This document shows, piece by piece, positions 63,328 to 64,000 of a DNA stretch of 64,000 bases. This DNA comes from the human T2T-CHM13v2.0 reference genome, Homo sapiens: NCBI RefSeq assembly GCF_009914755.1, contig NC_060943.1. The stretch is one strand, 5' to 3'. Every line of letters begins with the position of its first letter. Position 1 is the stretch's first letter. Below the pieces are notes generated by a model, which was given only the letters and a program-made list of their open reading frames with translations, did no database searches and was not told where the DNA came from. Position numbers and translations under genes: made by a program.

Positions 63328-63696
63328 TCTTCATCCCTTCCCAAGACAAAGCACGAATATTCCTCCCCTTGCTCTTAACGTTCAGCCCCTTCAAGAATGA
63401 TACCCTATATCTGTAACTTCCCAGTTCTCAGGAGCTGAGAAGTTGATTTGTAAGCCCAGCTCCCACTTCCCCAATCCTGTAGCTGTTGAATGAAGCCTGC
63501 ACTGCTCAATACTCACTGTTGGTTTCACATATTAGCTTCATGACTTGGAACAGGAAACAGTCCCCTTTCTAGGGTGACCAGGACCCCCAGTAACAAGATG
63601 GGTCTAGGAAGGAAAAGCACTGTGCACTCCCAGGCCCCAGCACCTGGGCTCCTGATTTGGGGAAGAATTGACTTCTTTAAATTATCAGATGTTCTG

Positions 63697-64000
<304 letters not shown>

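Overview
Human (hominid) genomic DNA from the CD33-related Siglec cluster (19q13.41). Two intact minus-strand genes form the known paired-receptor system: inhibitory SIGLEC5 (9 coding exons, 35018->16902, 551 aa, ITIM + ITIM-like tail) and activating SIGLEC14 (7 coding exons, 51440->48030, 396 aa, transmembrane Arg). They share a ~1.3 kb near-identical 5' tract 16,422 bp apart, so this haplotype is the unfused SIGLEC14-positive allele. The rest is Alu/L1/LTR-rich, with processed RPL9 and RPL7 pseudogenes. The first 12 kb holds several gene relics: an intron-containing CTU1 pseudogene with a solo LTR12 in its intron, MSR1 minisatellite units, an apparent decayed kallikrein catalytic-His exon, and a scrambled Siglec relic (C2, V-set and C2 on +, abutting a leader exon on -). 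Other features read from the sequence: a 49-bp perfect inverted repeat in the last SIGLEC5 intron, a Cys-rich overlapping uORF shared by both Siglecs, and a possible Tyr-less ITIM-exon vestige downstream of SIGLEC14. I do not see a provably new biological system; the kallikrein/CTU1/Siglec relic block, the uORF and the palindrome are the best leads. Comparisons with reference proteins and repeat consensuses are from memory, not from a search, and repeat boundaries are approximate.
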